Positions 9,637 through 20,846 of a DNA stretch of 64,000 nucleotides are shown here, piece by piece. Location: NCBI GenBank assembly GCA_023205875.1, contig CP060766.1, forward strand, positions 248,001-312,000, in the 5' to 3' direction. The stretch's first letter is position 1. The number at the start of each line of letters is the position of its first letter. The DNA is from Chloropicon primus. Its lineage: Eukaryota. The notes beneath the pieces are model-generated. The model was not told where the DNA came from. It did not search any database and saw only the letters and a program-made list of their open reading frames with translations. A program made the position numbers and the translations under genes.

Positions 9637-11553
9637 TTACTTGAGCACAACTAGCATTTCTCTCAGCTGTTGCCTCTGCTGGTCGTTCGCGTGCGGCAAC
9701 ATCGATCTTATGAGCTGCACCGGCACCTCCCTCCTTATGTTCTCCACCTCGTCCTCTGTCTTGGCCTCCTTGTAAGCGGAAAGCTTCTTGTTCATGTGCT
9801 CCTGCAGGAGCGCGAAGAAAGCGTTCACCGCGCCGTCCCAGGCGGCCACGAGGTTTGCTGGTGGGGCAGCCAGGGAGTAGGAAGAGGGCGAGGGCGTCAC
9901 TCCAAGGCCAAGGCCGGAGGCCTTGGAAAGGAGCGCGCAAATGATGTGGCCCGCGCAGTCAAACAGCTTGGGGTCGAACTCCGCCCTCGGCTTGATTGGG
10001 AGGCCCTTGCTCTTGCAGTCGCCGATCAAGAAAGCCGTGAGACTCTGGCACACCCCCGAGATGTCTAGCTGAGAGATCACCTTCGCCACGGCCGTGGAGA
10101 GCCCAGTCATTGGCGAGCTCGGGCCGTAATGCGGCTTGAAAAGGAGGTTCATGTTCCTCAAGATGGACCAGAGGATCTGGTTGGTGTAGCTCTGCACGCC
10201 CTCGCAGAGGTTGAGGTAGGACGAAACGAGCTTCTGTCCCTTCCTCAGGTCGAGGAGGTACAGGAAGACACTGTCCCCGTCCGGGTCTTCGAGCATGGGC
10301 GAATTTCCCACGGGCAGGTGGAAGGAAGACGCGATGCTCTCGAGCAACGCGACCCTCCTCTTCTTGAGCTGGTCCGCGCTCTCCTCGTCCACTTCTCTCT
10401 CATCAAGAATCCTGTCCACGTCATCGACGTCCAAGAGCAAGGAAAGGCCGTCCTCAATCATCACTCTCGCGGCGAGAAGCGGCTCTTGATCTAAGCTCTT
10501 CTGGTTCTCCCCCTTCTCCCCGCCACTCCCTCCGCCAGAGGACAAGTCCATTAGGGGCTTTGGCCTCCTCGTGTTCGAAAGCGGGATCTTCCCCAGTCCC
10601 TCCACGGCCAGGTGGCCTATTCCCTTCTTCGGGCCATTCCCCTGCGCGTCCTCCGCGAATACTTCAATGGGCGAGAACTTTCCCTTCAACTGACCGTCCT
10701 TCTTGAGGTAGGCCAGGTAGTAGTAGTCCTCAAAGTAGGGCCTGCCGGCGTGCGTTGCCGCCCACTGGATTCGAAGAAGGGTGTCGATCTCGTTCTTGGA
10801 CATGATAGAGGAGTTGTACCAGTGGTGCGAAGGCCTTTCCCTCTGCTGTTGGGAATAATATCCGTCCGATCTCCCAGAAGGTTGATGGTGGTGATAGTTG
10901 CTCCCTCCCCGGTTCTGCTGACTCACCGTCCTCTGGGTCTCCCTCTTATTGATCAAACCAAACCGTCCGCCGCCCCTCTCGTTGTTGTTGCCCGAGCCTC
11001 TCGCCGTGTCCCTCTCCAACTCACTCAAGAGCTGCGCTCCCGCGGTCGCCGGTCCGCGTTGTTGCTGCCCCTGCGCATAAGACGCCTCGCTCACCTGCAT
11101 AGGTATCATAGAACCCACCTGCGGTACCTCCCTCAGCTGCATCTGCATCAGAGGCAGAGCAGGCACCGCGGCTTGTGGAGGAGGAGCAGGAGCTCCTCTC
11201 CCTTCCGCCGGCTTCTCCTGACCTTGGCCCGCCACCAGAGATTTCTCCAACTCCTCCAGGGACATGAGCTTCACATTTTCCTCGACCTTGCGTTGGCTCT
11301 GGCTTGCCGAAGTGTCCGATCCTCCTGACAAGGACGAAGCGCTTGACGCGGCAGGAACCTTGGGAGCAAAGTACGAAGCAAGACTGTAGTCCTCATACTC
11401 GTAACCGTCGTTCCCCGTCGCTGGAATGTCCACCTCCTCGGTCTCCTCCAGTCCACCCAACTCCTCTTCAGGAGGGGCCTCGATCCCTTCCTCGAGAGAG
11501 GCGCCTTCTCCGTTCCCCGACGCGAAGAACGCGTACTGACTCGCTCCGCTCAT
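9637..11553 (-). CDS. PAT1: PAT1 homolog (mRNA decapping activator)
   Basis: MSKNEIDTLLRIQWAATH...PYFEDYYY, LGKIPLSNTRRPKPL and EPLLAARVMIEDGLSLLLDVDDVDR resemble plant PAT1. Likely start MSGASQY at 11553. Confidence 0.85.
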   Translation of the reverse strand: MSGASQYAFFASGNGEGASLEEGIEAPPEEELGGLEETEEVDIPATGNDGYEYEDYSLASYFAPKVPAASSASSLSGGSDTSASQSQRKVEENVKLMSLEELEKSLVAGQGQEKPAEGRGAPAPPPQAAVPALPLMQMQLREVPQVGSMIPMQVSEASYAQGQQQRGPATAGAQLLSELERDTARGSGNNNERGGGRFGLINKRETQRTVSQQNRGGSNYHHHQPSGRSDGYYSQQQRERPSHHWYNSSIMSKNEIDTLLRIQWAATHAGRPYFEDYYYLAYLKKDGQLKGKFSPIEVFAEDAQGNGPKKGIGHLAVEGLGKIPLSNTRRPKPLMDLSSGGGSGGEKGENQKSLDQEPLLAARVMIEDGLSLLLDVDDVDRILDEREVDEESADQLKKRRVALLESIASSFHLPVGNSPMLEDPDGDSVFLYLLDLRKGQKLVSSYLNLCEGVQSYTNQILWSILRNMNLLFKPHYGPSSPMTGLSTAVAKVISQLDISGVCQSLTAFLIGDCKSKGLPIKPRAEFDPKLFDCAGHIICALLSKASGLGLGVTPSPSSYSLAAPPANLVAAWDGAVNAFFALLQEHMNKKLSAYKEAKTEDEVENIRREVPVQLIRSMLPHANDQQRQQLREMLVVLK

Positions 11554-11711
11554 CACTCCTCTCACCTCGCTCCTCTCCGCTCCTCTCCTCGCTCGCTCGC
11601 GCGCTCTCTTCCTCTTCCCCTTTCGCCGACGCCTTCGCCGACGCTCTCCTCTTTCGAATGGCGCCAACCTCTCTCCTCCCTCGGGTGGTGGACTTGGCCA
11701 AGGAGGGGCAC

Positions 11712-11971
11712 TGATCAGCGCAAGGGTCGCGATTGAGGGGAAGGGAAGGCACAGGAGGTAACTCAGTCGAAAGAGAATCTCAAGGGCTTTCCATAGGTAC
11801 CGGCATCGGCAGGATCGCTGGGATCTTCGCGGAGGAATCCAAGGGGAAAGGGTGGGTTTGAGTTCGGGAGGCTTGGGCTTTGATCGGCGCAAGGTTCGGC
11901 GATTGAGGGGAAGAGACGGGACGGGAGGTGACTCAGTCGAAAGAGCATCTCGAGATCTTTTCATAGGTACC
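11712..11971. repeat. Diverged direct duplication, about 90 bp at 11712-11801 and 11881-11971, offset about 170
   Basis: TGATC.GCGCAAGG...GATTGAGGGGAAG...ACTCAGTCGAAAGAG.ATCTC...CATAGGTACC in both copies. Confidence 0.85.
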
Positions 11972-12155
11972 TTGATTGACGGCATTGGGAAAGGATTGAT
12001 CCGAGGGGACGCCGTCTGAACAAGATTGATTCCTAGGAGGGAAGGGGAGGAGTGGGATCGCAATCAGCGAGGAAGTTGGCGACCAGAACGGGAGAGGAGG
12101 GAAGAGGAGGATCGTCAGACGGAAAGTGCGTCTCAAGAGCCGGCATTGAGTACAG

Positions 12156-12818
12156 ATGACGCCAGAACCTGTGTTGGTGAGGAAAGGAGGGACCGGGCTT
12201 CTGCTTCATGGGAGAGGAGGGAACGGCAAGCGTTTCTCTGAGCGCTTGGAGCGGTCTTACTTGGGCCAAAGAATCGGACTTCGAGAGGAGAACGTCGTCT
12301 CCCCGAGTGGTCCCGTGAGCCTCGACAAGGAAGGAAACGAGGGCGGGAGGGCCTGGTGGGCGTTTCCCGAGGGCGTGGGGAGAAGCTACGAAGCGGATGA
12401 GTGGATAAGATCTGACGAGGCGATCGAGATTGCCTCAAGGGAGGGCAGGCACTGCGAGCTGTGCATCGGGTTCTCCCAGGGGGCGATGCTTTTGGCCGTC
12501 CTCCTCGCCCAGGGAAAGTTGCCCGACTGCAGGGTCGCTGTCATTGCAGGTGCGGGTTGGCCGAGGCCATTTGCCTCGAGCTTGGAATCGTTTCGATTGA
12601 GGGGCAATAGGCCTGTTGGCGGCTCGGTCCGGGCTCCATCAATCCTTCACGTCACTTCGGCGGAAGACCTCATGAACCCGAGGGATCAAGCCCTCCGGGT
12701 CCACGGCTTGCTTGGCGGTGACGTCCTCGAACACGGTGAGGGCCACGTCGTGCCAATGGAAGAGGGAGAAGTATCTGATGCCATCGCTCAGTGGATAAAC
12801 CTTCGCCTGGCAGAGTAA
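12156..12818 (+). CDS. FSH1/OVCA2 family serine hydrolase
   Basis: LLLHG, RAWW, nucleophile GFSQGA, Asp in SAEDLM, His in HGEGHVVP. Confidence 0.85.
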   Translation: MTPEPVLVRKGGTGLLLHGRGGNGKRFSERLERSYLGQRIGLREENVVSPSGPVSLDKEGNEGGRAWWAFPEGVGRSYEADEWIRSDEAIEIASREGRHCELCIGFSQGAMLLAVLLAQGKLPDCRVAVIAGAGWPRPFASSLESFRLRGNRPVGGSVRAPSILHVTSAEDLMNPRDQALRVHGLLGGDVLEHGEGHVVPMEEGEVSDAIAQWINLRLAE

Positions 12819-13493
12819 AAGTGGGACCCCGTATCTCGTCTTTTAACTTGTACAATGCAGCTCTGAACTTGTAATGTATTGCCCGATGATGTAGTTTCAC
12901 TCCCTCGCTGGTGCTGATGGCTCCTCTTGTCCTTCTCAAAAATTCCCTCACCCAGTGCCCCCGATTCTTCCGAGGGAAGACGAAGACTGAAACGAAAGAG
13001 GGACGACGGGACGGTTCCATCGAAAGATCATACCATCCAATTCCAATTCCAATTCCAATTCCAATCCGATGGCCTTTCCCCTCGTCCCTCGTCCCTCGTC
13101 CCTCCTTCGAGCTGCTGCCGAGGGACTGATACTGATGGATGGCCGTCAATCGTAATCTGAATATCAACCAGAGGCAAGGTGGACCAAGGTGCCAGGAGAG
13201 AGAGGCCAAGACGGACCAAAGGTCGTGCGAGGGAAGGGAAAAAGGGATGCAGGTGCCTTGGCATAGGACCTCTTCATTCAAAGCTCACACTTTTATCACG
13301 TTATAACACTGTGTCGTCTTGTGTGTGTGTACATACTTGGTCGGTTGTATCCAGTGAAGTGGAGGGGTGAAGCAGGGAAGCGAGGGGTTGAGGCGCAGGA
13401 GGTTGACTCGATGGTTAGCGGGGCTCGGCGAGACGGTTGGGAAGTCGAGTGAACGTATGCGTGTCCCGGCAACTTTTTGAGCTGACGGCGGGC

Positions 13494-13532
<39 letters not shown>

Positions 13533-13570
13533 TTGTAGGCACGGGACGAGGAGAGAGAAGGTCACACGAT

Positions 13571-16500
13571 ATGTCTGGGAAAACAGAAAAGCAGGAGGTA
13601 TCTTACGAGTCTCTGAACGGCGTCGGCTCGGCCACCTCTCGGAATGGGCTGGCCGTGAACTTGGAAGGGGCGAAGGCGAAAAATATCATCACTTCTTCGC
13701 CGAGGAGGGAGAGAGCAGAAGTAAGGAAGGTGTACTGTGACTACTCACTGGGGTTGTTTAGCAAGGGCAATAGGCTCCGACACGCTTGCATCAAGATCGT
13801 GGAGAGCCCAATATTTGAGGCCGTCATCATTGCGGCTATTGTCCTCAACTGCACGTTCCTGGCCCTTACGGAACCAACGCGGGGCCCGAACGAAGGCAGA
13901 AACAAGTTGGTCAATGATTCAGAGATACCGTTCAGCGTCCTGTTCATACTCGAGGCTTTCATCAAGGTGATGGCGATGGGCCTCTTCTTCGAGCCGACGA
14001 AGGCTTTTCGATCCACGGCAAAGTCGCAGAAGAAGGCAAAGCAGGGGAAGTACTTCCCCGCGTCCGTGGAGTACGTGTACATGCCTACCTATCTCAGGGA
14101 CGGTTGGAACGTCCTTGACTTTATTGTGGTCGTTGGTGGGATCATCTCCCTCTCGGGAACCAAGTCAAGCATATCGAGTATCAGGACGATACGGGTGCTT
14201 AGGCCGCTGAGGACGATATCTGCGTTACCAGGAATGAGGATCCTCGTTGGAACTATTATTAGGTCACTGCCGATGATGGGAAACGTGCTCCTGTTGAGCG
14301 CCTTCCTCTTCATCGTTTTCGGCATCTCCGGTGTGCAGCTCTTCAAAGGGATCTTGAGAAACAGGTGCTTCTCTGTGGGACCAGGTTCGAGCTTGACCCT
14401 CGTGGACAGTGAAAGGGTCTGCACGATGTCTGGCAAATATGCATGGGTTGGGAATGTTTGCGGCGCGGGGGAAGTGTGCAGGGAGTACGAAAATCCCAAT
14501 TACGGGATCACGTCGTTCGACAATATCCTCTGGGCGTGGTTGACGATCTTTCAAATCATCACGCTAGAGGGCTGGACGCCCATCATGTACCACGTGATGG
14601 ACGCGACGAGTGGCTGGAGCATGTTCTATTTCATAATGCTGATAGGCCTGGGGGCTTTTTTCTTGATCAACCTAGCCGTGGGAATCGTCGCTGAGGTGTA
14701 CGATCAGGTCCAGGAAGAGGACGAGAAGGAGGAGGAGGAGGAGGAGGAAAACGAGGAGATCGATTTGTATAGCTACCTTGATCTGAATCCCGAGCCGGAA
14801 AAGGGGCTGTGGATCAAGAGCCTGGTCCAAGGGTTTTGCAAGCCTGTCATCAACCACGTCTTGTTCGACCCGTTCTTCACCGTGATGATTGTGATGAATA
14901 CCATCCTGCTCGCGATGGAGTACGACAACATGCCAAAGGACTACGAGCACAAACTGACCGTGCTTAACACGATCCTGACGTATTCCTTTGTGGTGGAGAT
15001 GGTACTGAAGATAGGCGGCAAGCAGATGCTGTACTTCAAGGACAAGTCAGATCTGTTCGACATGTTTGTCACCATCGTGTCAATGGTGGAGACGCTTGCG
15101 ACGTCCAACGGGTCTTTGACGGCGCTGAGGGCGTTTAGAATTCTGAGAATTCTTCGCATCTTCCGAAGGTGGAAGAGCCTGCAAGACTTCATCAAAATTC
15201 TTTCGGAGACCGTGTCGAACCTTGGCAACTTCACGTTTATCGTTCTCCTCGTCATCTTCATCTACGCGCTCCTGGGCATGGATTTATTTGGGAATAAATT
15301 CCATTTCAGCGACGGGAGACCTCGGCACAACTTTGATACCTTGATATGGTCCATCTTGTCGGTGTTTCAGATACTGACGGGGGAAGATTGGAATGCGATC
15401 ATGTACGATGGGATAAGGGCCACGAGCAGCGTCTCGGCGTTCTACTTTCTTTCCCTCATCTTGGTCGGGCAGTACATCATCTTGAACCTGTTCATCGCCA
15501 TTCTGCTGGCAAACTTCGAGGCGCAACACTTGGAGGACGAGGAAGAAGAAGAAAAGGTGGCGCAGGGGTTCACATCCAAGTCAAAGAAGACTTTTCACAG
15601 GATGCTGGTCTCCGCAAGGAACCGCATGACTTTCGCTGTGCAGAAGATCAAGTCTTCTGTCTTTGGAATCACGAGGAGGGAGTCGTACCTGCCAGGGGAG
15701 AGCGGGGGCAACAGAAACAAAGTGTTGGAGGATGAGAGGTTCCACAACTTTGTGGAAAACGCAAAGCTGTTGGACTTGGAAGATCTCCAAAACTTGGAGG
15801 AGTACAATGAGCTTGACGAGAGGCAGGCAGAGCTGGTGAGGAAGATCATAGAAATAAAGAACAAGAAATCGTTCTCTGCGAGCAGCAGAGACCCCTTCAG
15901 CCGGCGGCACTCCTTGTCTTTCCAGTACAGCAAGAAAGAGGACGGAACAGTGCTTCATGGGAAGAGTCTGTGCATCTTCCCTCCCGATAGCAAATTTCGA
16001 AAGATGCTGTTCGCCATCGTGGACGACAGGCGGTTCGAGTATTTCATTCTGATTCTGATTCTGATCAGCAGTATCGCAATGGCGTGCGAGGTTCCAAGAC
16101 CTTCCGAAAAGGAGAAGAACTTCTTTTACGTCCTTGATGTGGTCTTCTTGGTCATTTTTGGCTTGGAAGCGATGATGAAGATCACTGCGTTTGGCTTTGT
16201 GTTCGGCAAGAACCATTACATACACGATGCCTGGAACTGCCTGGATTTCCTTATTGTCCTCATGTCCTTCTTCGGTGTTGCCCTTGCAACGTTGAATGTC
16301 GAGGGCCTCAGCATCTTTCGGGTAATGAGGACTCTGAGGCCCCTGCGATTCTTGTCGAGGGTGCCGCAACTTAAAGTTGTCGTGAATGCCCTGCTGAAGT
16401 CGGTTCCCGCCCTGGGCAACGTGGCGGTGATCAGCATTATTTTCTATGCCATCTGTGGCATCCTGTCGATGCAGCTGTTCATGGGCAAGTTCCATTACTG

Positions 16501-18382
16501 CAGCTCTGACCTGTGCTGCACCGCGTCTGGTAACGGCACGGAGCACTGCAGTCAGGTGCTCACAAAGTACAACTGTGTCGGCTACGCGGAATCCGCGACG
16601 AGTGGGGAGGAGTGCAGCTGGGAGAACGAGAGGATGAACTTCGACAACATCTATAACTCGTTGCTGACTCTCTTCGAGATGTCGACGACGGAGGGGTGGA
16701 CCACAGTGATGTACGCCGCCGTCGATGCAACGGGGAAGGACAAGCAGAGGGTTCGCGACTATTCGCCAGTGGTAGCGTTGTACTTTCTGATCCTCATGGT
16801 CTTCCTGTCCTTCTTCATCTTGAACCTCTTTGTTGGTATCATCCTGGATACTTTCAGCGAGATGCAACGCAAGAACAATTACGCGAGCAACTTCTTGACG
16901 CCCGAGCAGCAGACGTGGGTGGATTCCCAAAAGATGGCCTTTACTTCTACTCCGAAGCCAGTGCACATATACAGCGATTCCTTGAAGAAGGACTTGCTGA
17001 AGTGGGTGGACAGCTCTCAGTTCGAGACAGGAATATTGGTTCTGATCGTGACGAATGTGATCTTCATGATGTTCGAGCACGAAAACCAGCAAAAGTGGGT
17101 CTCGGACACCCTCATCATATCGAACTTTGTGTTCACTATGATCTTCCTGCTGGAGGCCGTAATCAAAATCATCACGTACTCGATGAACAAGATCAATTAC
17201 TTTGGTAACGGGTGGAACAAATTCGATTTTGTGGTCGTCCTGTTTTCCGTCTTCGGGCTGATCAGCGGGAACGGCGGGGGCGCGTCCGTCTTGCGTGTTT
17301 TCAGGATCGCCAGAGTATTCAGGCTCGTGAAGAGGTTGAATGGCTTGAACATCCTGTTCAAGACCCTGCTGATATCGCTTCCGACCATGCTGAATGTCGG
17401 GGGGCTCATGTTCATCTTCTTCTTCATCTTTGCGGTGCTTGGAATGAACTTGTTCGGGAAAGTGGAAACCAGCGAGACGTACGCTAACTTCCAGCACTTT
17501 GGCTGGTCCCTCTTGACCTTGCTGAGAATGTCGACGGGTGAGGCGTGGAACAGCATCATGGAAGAGCTGATGGTGCAGCCTCCCGATTGCGAGAAGGCGA
17601 AGTTCCCCTACTGCAAGAACACGACCTCTGCCCCCGCGTTTGGCTTGGCGATGTACACGCAAGCCAATTGCACAGGGCCAGACATGTCTTGGATCACGGC
17701 CGTTGACAACTGCGGTGCAGCAGACTTCGCGATCCTTTACATGGTCGCGTTTATTCTGTTCGGCAGCTTCATCTTTCTGAACCTTGTGATAGCGGTGGTG
17801 CTCGAAAACTTTTCTCTCATGCTCAAGCTAGACGCGGGTCCGATCACTCCCCACGACATCAGATCGTTCGAAGCCGTTTGGTCTACGTTCGACCCGAGGG
17901 CAAAGGGTTACATCATGCAGGCTGATCTGAAGAAGCTGTTCTTTTCCACGCCGCCTCCGCTGGGTTTGCAGGGCCAGAGGATCCTGCCCAACGATTTGGA
18001 GACCTGGATACGGGAGCTGAAGCTCGGGGACAAGCCATTCAAGAGCTATCACGAGGTGCTGGGGTCTCTGCTGCGGAGGGCTGTCAAGGAGAACGACGTC
18101 GCAGCCTCGATTCCAGAGGAGGTCAAAATTCTGATGGACATCCAACTGAAGAAGACGTTGACGAAGCACGAGCACAACCCCATAAAGAAGCAGACCAAGT
18201 ACAAGAAGCTGGCAAACAAGGCCGACATCTTGTTCGCGGTCATCACCATCCAGAGAGTCTGCCGCAGGTGGCTGGACAAGAAGAAAAGGGGCGAGGAGAA
18301 GGCGACCGAATCGGAATCGCTAGAGGAGAGGGCGACAAAGTTGATAAAGAAGAAAAGCTTCTTCGAGAACGGGGGGCTTTGA
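13571..18382 (+). CDS. Four-domain voltage-gated calcium channel alpha subunit (Cav-like)
   Basis: Four S4 segments (e.g. IRTIRVLRPLRTI). Pore loops TLEGW, TGEDW, TTEGW, TGEAW give EEEE. C-terminal EF-hand-like (W...DPRAKGYI) and IQ motif (IQRVCRRW). Confidence 0.95.
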   Translation: MSGKTEKQEVSYESLNGVGSATSRNGLAVNLEGAKAKNIITSSPRRERAEVRKVYCDYSLGLFSKGNRLRHACIKIVESPIFEAVIIAAIVLNCTFLALTEPTRGPNEGRNKLVNDSEIPFSVLFILEAFIKVMAMGLFFEPTKAFRSTAKSQKKAKQGKYFPASVEYVYMPTYLRDGWNVLDFIVVVGGIISLSGTKSSISSIRTIRVLRPLRTISALPGMRILVGTIIRSLPMMGNVLLLSAFLFIVFGISGVQLFKGILRNRCFSVGPGSSLTLVDSERVCTMSGKYAWVGNVCGAGEVCREYENPNYGITSFDNILWAWLTIFQIITLEGWTPIMYHVMDATSGWSMFYFIMLIGLGAFFLINLAVGIVAEVYDQVQEEDEKEEEEEEENEEIDLYSYLDLNPEPEKGLWIKSLVQGFCKPVINHVLFDPFFTVMIVMNTILLAMEYDNMPKDYEHKLTVLNTILTYSFVVEMVLKIGGKQMLYFKDKSDLFDMFVTIVSMVETLATSNGSLTALRAFRILRILRIFRRWKSLQDFIKILSETVSNLGNFTFIVLLVIFIYALLGMDLFGNKFHFSDGRPRHNFDTLIWSILSVFQILTGEDWNAIMYDGIRATSSVSAFYFLSLILVGQYIILNLFIAILLANFEAQHLEDEEEEEKVAQGFTSKSKKTFHRMLVSARNRMTFAVQKIKSSVFGITRRESYLPGESGGNRNKVLEDERFHNFVENAKLLDLEDLQNLEEYNELDERQAELVRKIIEIKNKKSFSASSRDPFSRRHSLSFQYSKKEDGTVLHGKSLCIFPPDSKFRKMLFAIVDDRRFEYFILILILISSIAMACEVPRPSEKEKNFFYVLDVVFLVIFGLEAMMKITAFGFVFGKNHYIHDAWNCLDFLIVLMSFFGVALATLNVEGLSIFRVMRTLRPLRFLSRVPQLKVVVNALLKSVPALGNVAVISIIFYAICGILSMQLFMGKFHYCSSDLCCTASGNGTEHCSQVLTKYNCVGYAESATSGEECSWENERMNFDNIYNSLLTLFEMSTTEGWTTVMYAAVDATGKDKQRVRDYSPVVALYFLILMVFLSFFILNLFVGIILDTFSEMQRKNNYASNFLTPEQQTWVDSQKMAFTSTPKPVHIYSDSLKKDLLKWVDSSQFETGILVLIVTNVIFMMFEHENQQKWVSDTLIISNFVFTMIFLLEAVIKIITYSMNKINYFGNGWNKFDFVVVLFSVFGLISGNGGGASVLRVFRIARVFRLVKRLNGLNILFKTLLISLPTMLNVGGLMFIFFFIFAVLGMNLFGKVETSETYANFQHFGWSLLTLLRMSTGEAWNSIMEELMVQPPDCEKAKFPYCKNTTSAPAFGLAMYTQANCTGPDMSWITAVDNCGAADFAILYMVAFILFGSFIFLNLVIAVVLENFSLMLKLDAGPITPHDIRSFEAVWSTFDPRAKGYIMQADLKKLFFSTPPPLGLQGQRILPNDLETWIRELKLGDKPFKSYHEVLGSLLRRAVKENDVAASIPEEVKILMDIQLKKTLTKHEHNPIKKQTKYKKLANKADILFAVITIQRVCRRWLDKKKRGEEKATESESLEERATKLIKKKSFFENGGL

Positions 18383-18510
18383 CCTCGCCACGCTGAATGC
18401 TGCCGCATATTTTTTTTGGAGAAAATGTAATCTACTATTATTTGCCTTCTTCTAAACCTCGAAGAAGTTTGGGCTTATTGGATGTCAAAATAATAATAAC
18501 CGTCGGCGCC

Positions 18511-20175
18511 TCAAGGCTCCCCAACTCCGTCGTACAAAGGATTAGACTGCGGGGCCACGGGGTTGGACACGTTGCGTTCTTCGCGCTCAGGAGACCCCTC
18601 TGGGATGTCCTGGAGGTCAACAGCCTCTGGCTGAGTGCTTGGGGTCAAGTACTCGTCCGCGACAGTGAGTCCGGTCGCTTGCGCGATGGCCTGCTGCTCC
18701 TGGCCGCTCATCGTCGACACTCTCCTCTTCATCAATTTCTCAGAGTCCTTCTTGAACGAATCGTCGATCTGTCCGGTGATCAAGACGGAGGCCCTCTTCA
18801 CCTGCTCCGTCGTGCCGGATATCAGGAGCTTGGAGTAGTAGTTCTGGATAATTCCAGCGGCCATGGAGTCTCCCAAAACGTTGGTCATGGTCTCCAGCCT
18901 GTCGTTGAGGAAATCGATGGCGATGATGACAGAGAACAGCTCCGTGATAGGGACGTTGACGGTGTCCATGATCATGACAAGGAGGACCAATCCCGCGCTC
19001 GGGACAGGAGCGGCTCCCATGGAAGCCAGCGTGGCCACCAAGGCAATCATGATGATCCTCCCCGCGTGCACCTTCTCTCCCTGGGCCGTCGCCAAGAAAA
19101 GCACGGACATTGGGAAGCCGATAGCGGTTCCATCCATGTTCACGGTGGCCCCGAGGGACAGCACAAAGTTCGCAACAGCGTGGGAGATGTTGTTCACCTC
19201 CGTGGCCACGTTGATCGTCACGGGCAGTGTCGCCGCCGAGGACGAGGTGCTGAAAGCCGTGAGAACAGCTGGCGAGGCGTTCTTCATAAATGGCAGTGGG
19301 TTCTCCTTGGTGAAAAGGAAGTACAGCGATGGGTACGAGATCAAGCAGTGCATGGCGATACCCAAGGTCAAAGTGCAGACAAGGATGAGGACGCTCGTGA
19401 TGAGGTCCTCGAGGTGCTTCTGGGTCGCAATCGTTGGGTACAAGAGGCAGAACACGGCATACGGGGTGAAAACAATGATGCCTTGGACAGCCATGAAGGA
19501 GATGTCATTCAGCTCCTTGAGAATCTTGTAGATAGGACTTGGCTTCTTCTCAGAGTGGTCCATCAAGGCCCCCAAGGTGATGAAGAATATGATGCATCCC
19601 AGCAAGTTTCCTGATCCCATCGCAGAGACAATGTTGCCCGGCACCAAGCCGTAAAAGATGGCCTCAATCTGCCCCACAACGTCACGCTTCTCCAAGGAGG
19701 TCACCGTCTCGCCGTCTTTCGGTGGGTCCAAGTCGTCGTCGACGTTCGGAATAAGTATCGTGGCGGACAGCAAGATTCCAATGGCGGCCGCCATCAGGGT
19801 CGTCGTGAAGTAGTATCCCAGCGTGCGCACGACCAAGTCCTTTGCGCCCTTAATCTCCTTGATTTGTACCACAGAGATTGTCATGTTCGAAGCTATCAGT
19901 GGCAGGACCACCAGCTTCAACGAGTTAATCCAAACTCTACCGGCCAGTGATATGAGACGGTGGATGGAGTCCGAGCCCTTCTTCTTGATGTCCTTGTGCG
20001 GGACGCACAAGTTAATGACGAGACCCAAGCCAATTGCCACGGTCACGGCGAACAGCAGCTTGGTTGTCTCAGAGGTTTGAGACAAAACTCTTTTCACCTT
20101 CTGAAAGAAAGCGATAACAGGGTTATCGCTCACCGGGGCCTCGGCCACCGGGTTCTGCTTCGTTTCGGCCTGCAT
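18511..20175 (-). CDS. Dicarboxylate/amino acid:cation symporter (DAACS/SLC1/GltP family)
   Basis: FSTSSSAATLP, LGATVNMDGTA, ASMGAAPVPSAG and TM8 DFLNDRLETMTNVLGD. Confidence 0.93.
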   Translation of the reverse strand: MQAETKQNPVAEAPVSDNPVIAFFQKVKRVLSQTSETTKLLFAVTVAIGLGLVINLCVPHKDIKKKGSDSIHRLISLAGRVWINSLKLVVLPLIASNMTISVVQIKEIKGAKDLVVRTLGYYFTTTLMAAAIGILLSATILIPNVDDDLDPPKDGETVTSLEKRDVVGQIEAIFYGLVPGNIVSAMGSGNLLGCIIFFITLGALMDHSEKKPSPIYKILKELNDISFMAVQGIIVFTPYAVFCLLYPTIATQKHLEDLITSVLILVCTLTLGIAMHCLISYPSLYFLFTKENPLPFMKNASPAVLTAFSTSSSAATLPVTINVATEVNNISHAVANFVLSLGATVNMDGTAIGFPMSVLFLATAQGEKVHAGRIIMIALVATLASMGAAPVPSAGLVLLVMIMDTVNVPITELFSVIIAIDFLNDRLETMTNVLGDSMAAGIIQNYYSKLLISGTTEQVKRASVLITGQIDDSFKKDSEKLMKRRVSTMSGQEQQAIAQATGLTVADEYLTPSTQPEAVDLQDIPEGSPEREERNVSNPVAPQSNPLYDGVGEP

Positions 20176-20679
20176 CCTGATCGAACGACGACGGGATGCA
20201 CAAGACCCTGGGGTTTCAGGAGGTCAAAGCAACAGAATTCAATTCAATTCAATGCTCTTGATATTCAATTTTCGAACCACCTCTTTTGGAAGCTAGAAGT
20301 TGCACACGAACAAGTCAAGAGGATACTCGACGCACGCCAAGACGCTCGCCTCGTGGGTTGTGGTGGTGGAATGCCAAGACTTTAAGCGCTAGCTAGCATT
20401 CGATACAAGCCAGTGAGTGTCTTGTTGGTGTCCGGGGGTGTAGGGTGCCGCACCCAACCAGCTGCTTCCCTCGTCACAAGTTGCTCTACCACTGCAGCCT
20501 TCCTCGACGAAAAGTTGGACGTTCCATGACGTTCTTTGGGAGACATTCAAACGTTGAGGGGAAAAGAGTAGTGGTACCTACATTGCTCCAGTGACGCGGT
20601 AACGTCTTGAGAGGAACAGTTGCCCCGCGAGGGAAGAATTGCTTATTCGTTGGAGAGCTCGCCCGCCAGCGCCTCGAAA

Positions 20680-20681
<2 letters not shown>

Positions 20682-20719
<38 letters not shown>

Positions 20720-20846
20720 GCCCTTTGGAGCAAGGGGAGGGGATCTTTCGTGTCGTCCGCCATGTAACAAGGAAAAGAAAGAGCCAAGAAGAAGAATATC
20801 CTAATCGTGCCTTGCGGAGCGGAGAGCGGAGAGCGGAGCTTGTGCC

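Noticed and set aside
11554..12063. N-terminal extension of the PAT1 ORF
   Set aside because: Non-ATG start; it runs through low-complexity and duplicated promoter DNA.
13036..13065. (CCAATT)n tract as a telomere-like repeat
   Set aside because: Only about 5 units and not the TTTAGGG/TTAGGG type; an ordinary microsatellite.
15581..17662. 693-aa antisense ORF inside the Cav gene
   Set aside because: Antisense shadow caused by high GC3; no motifs.
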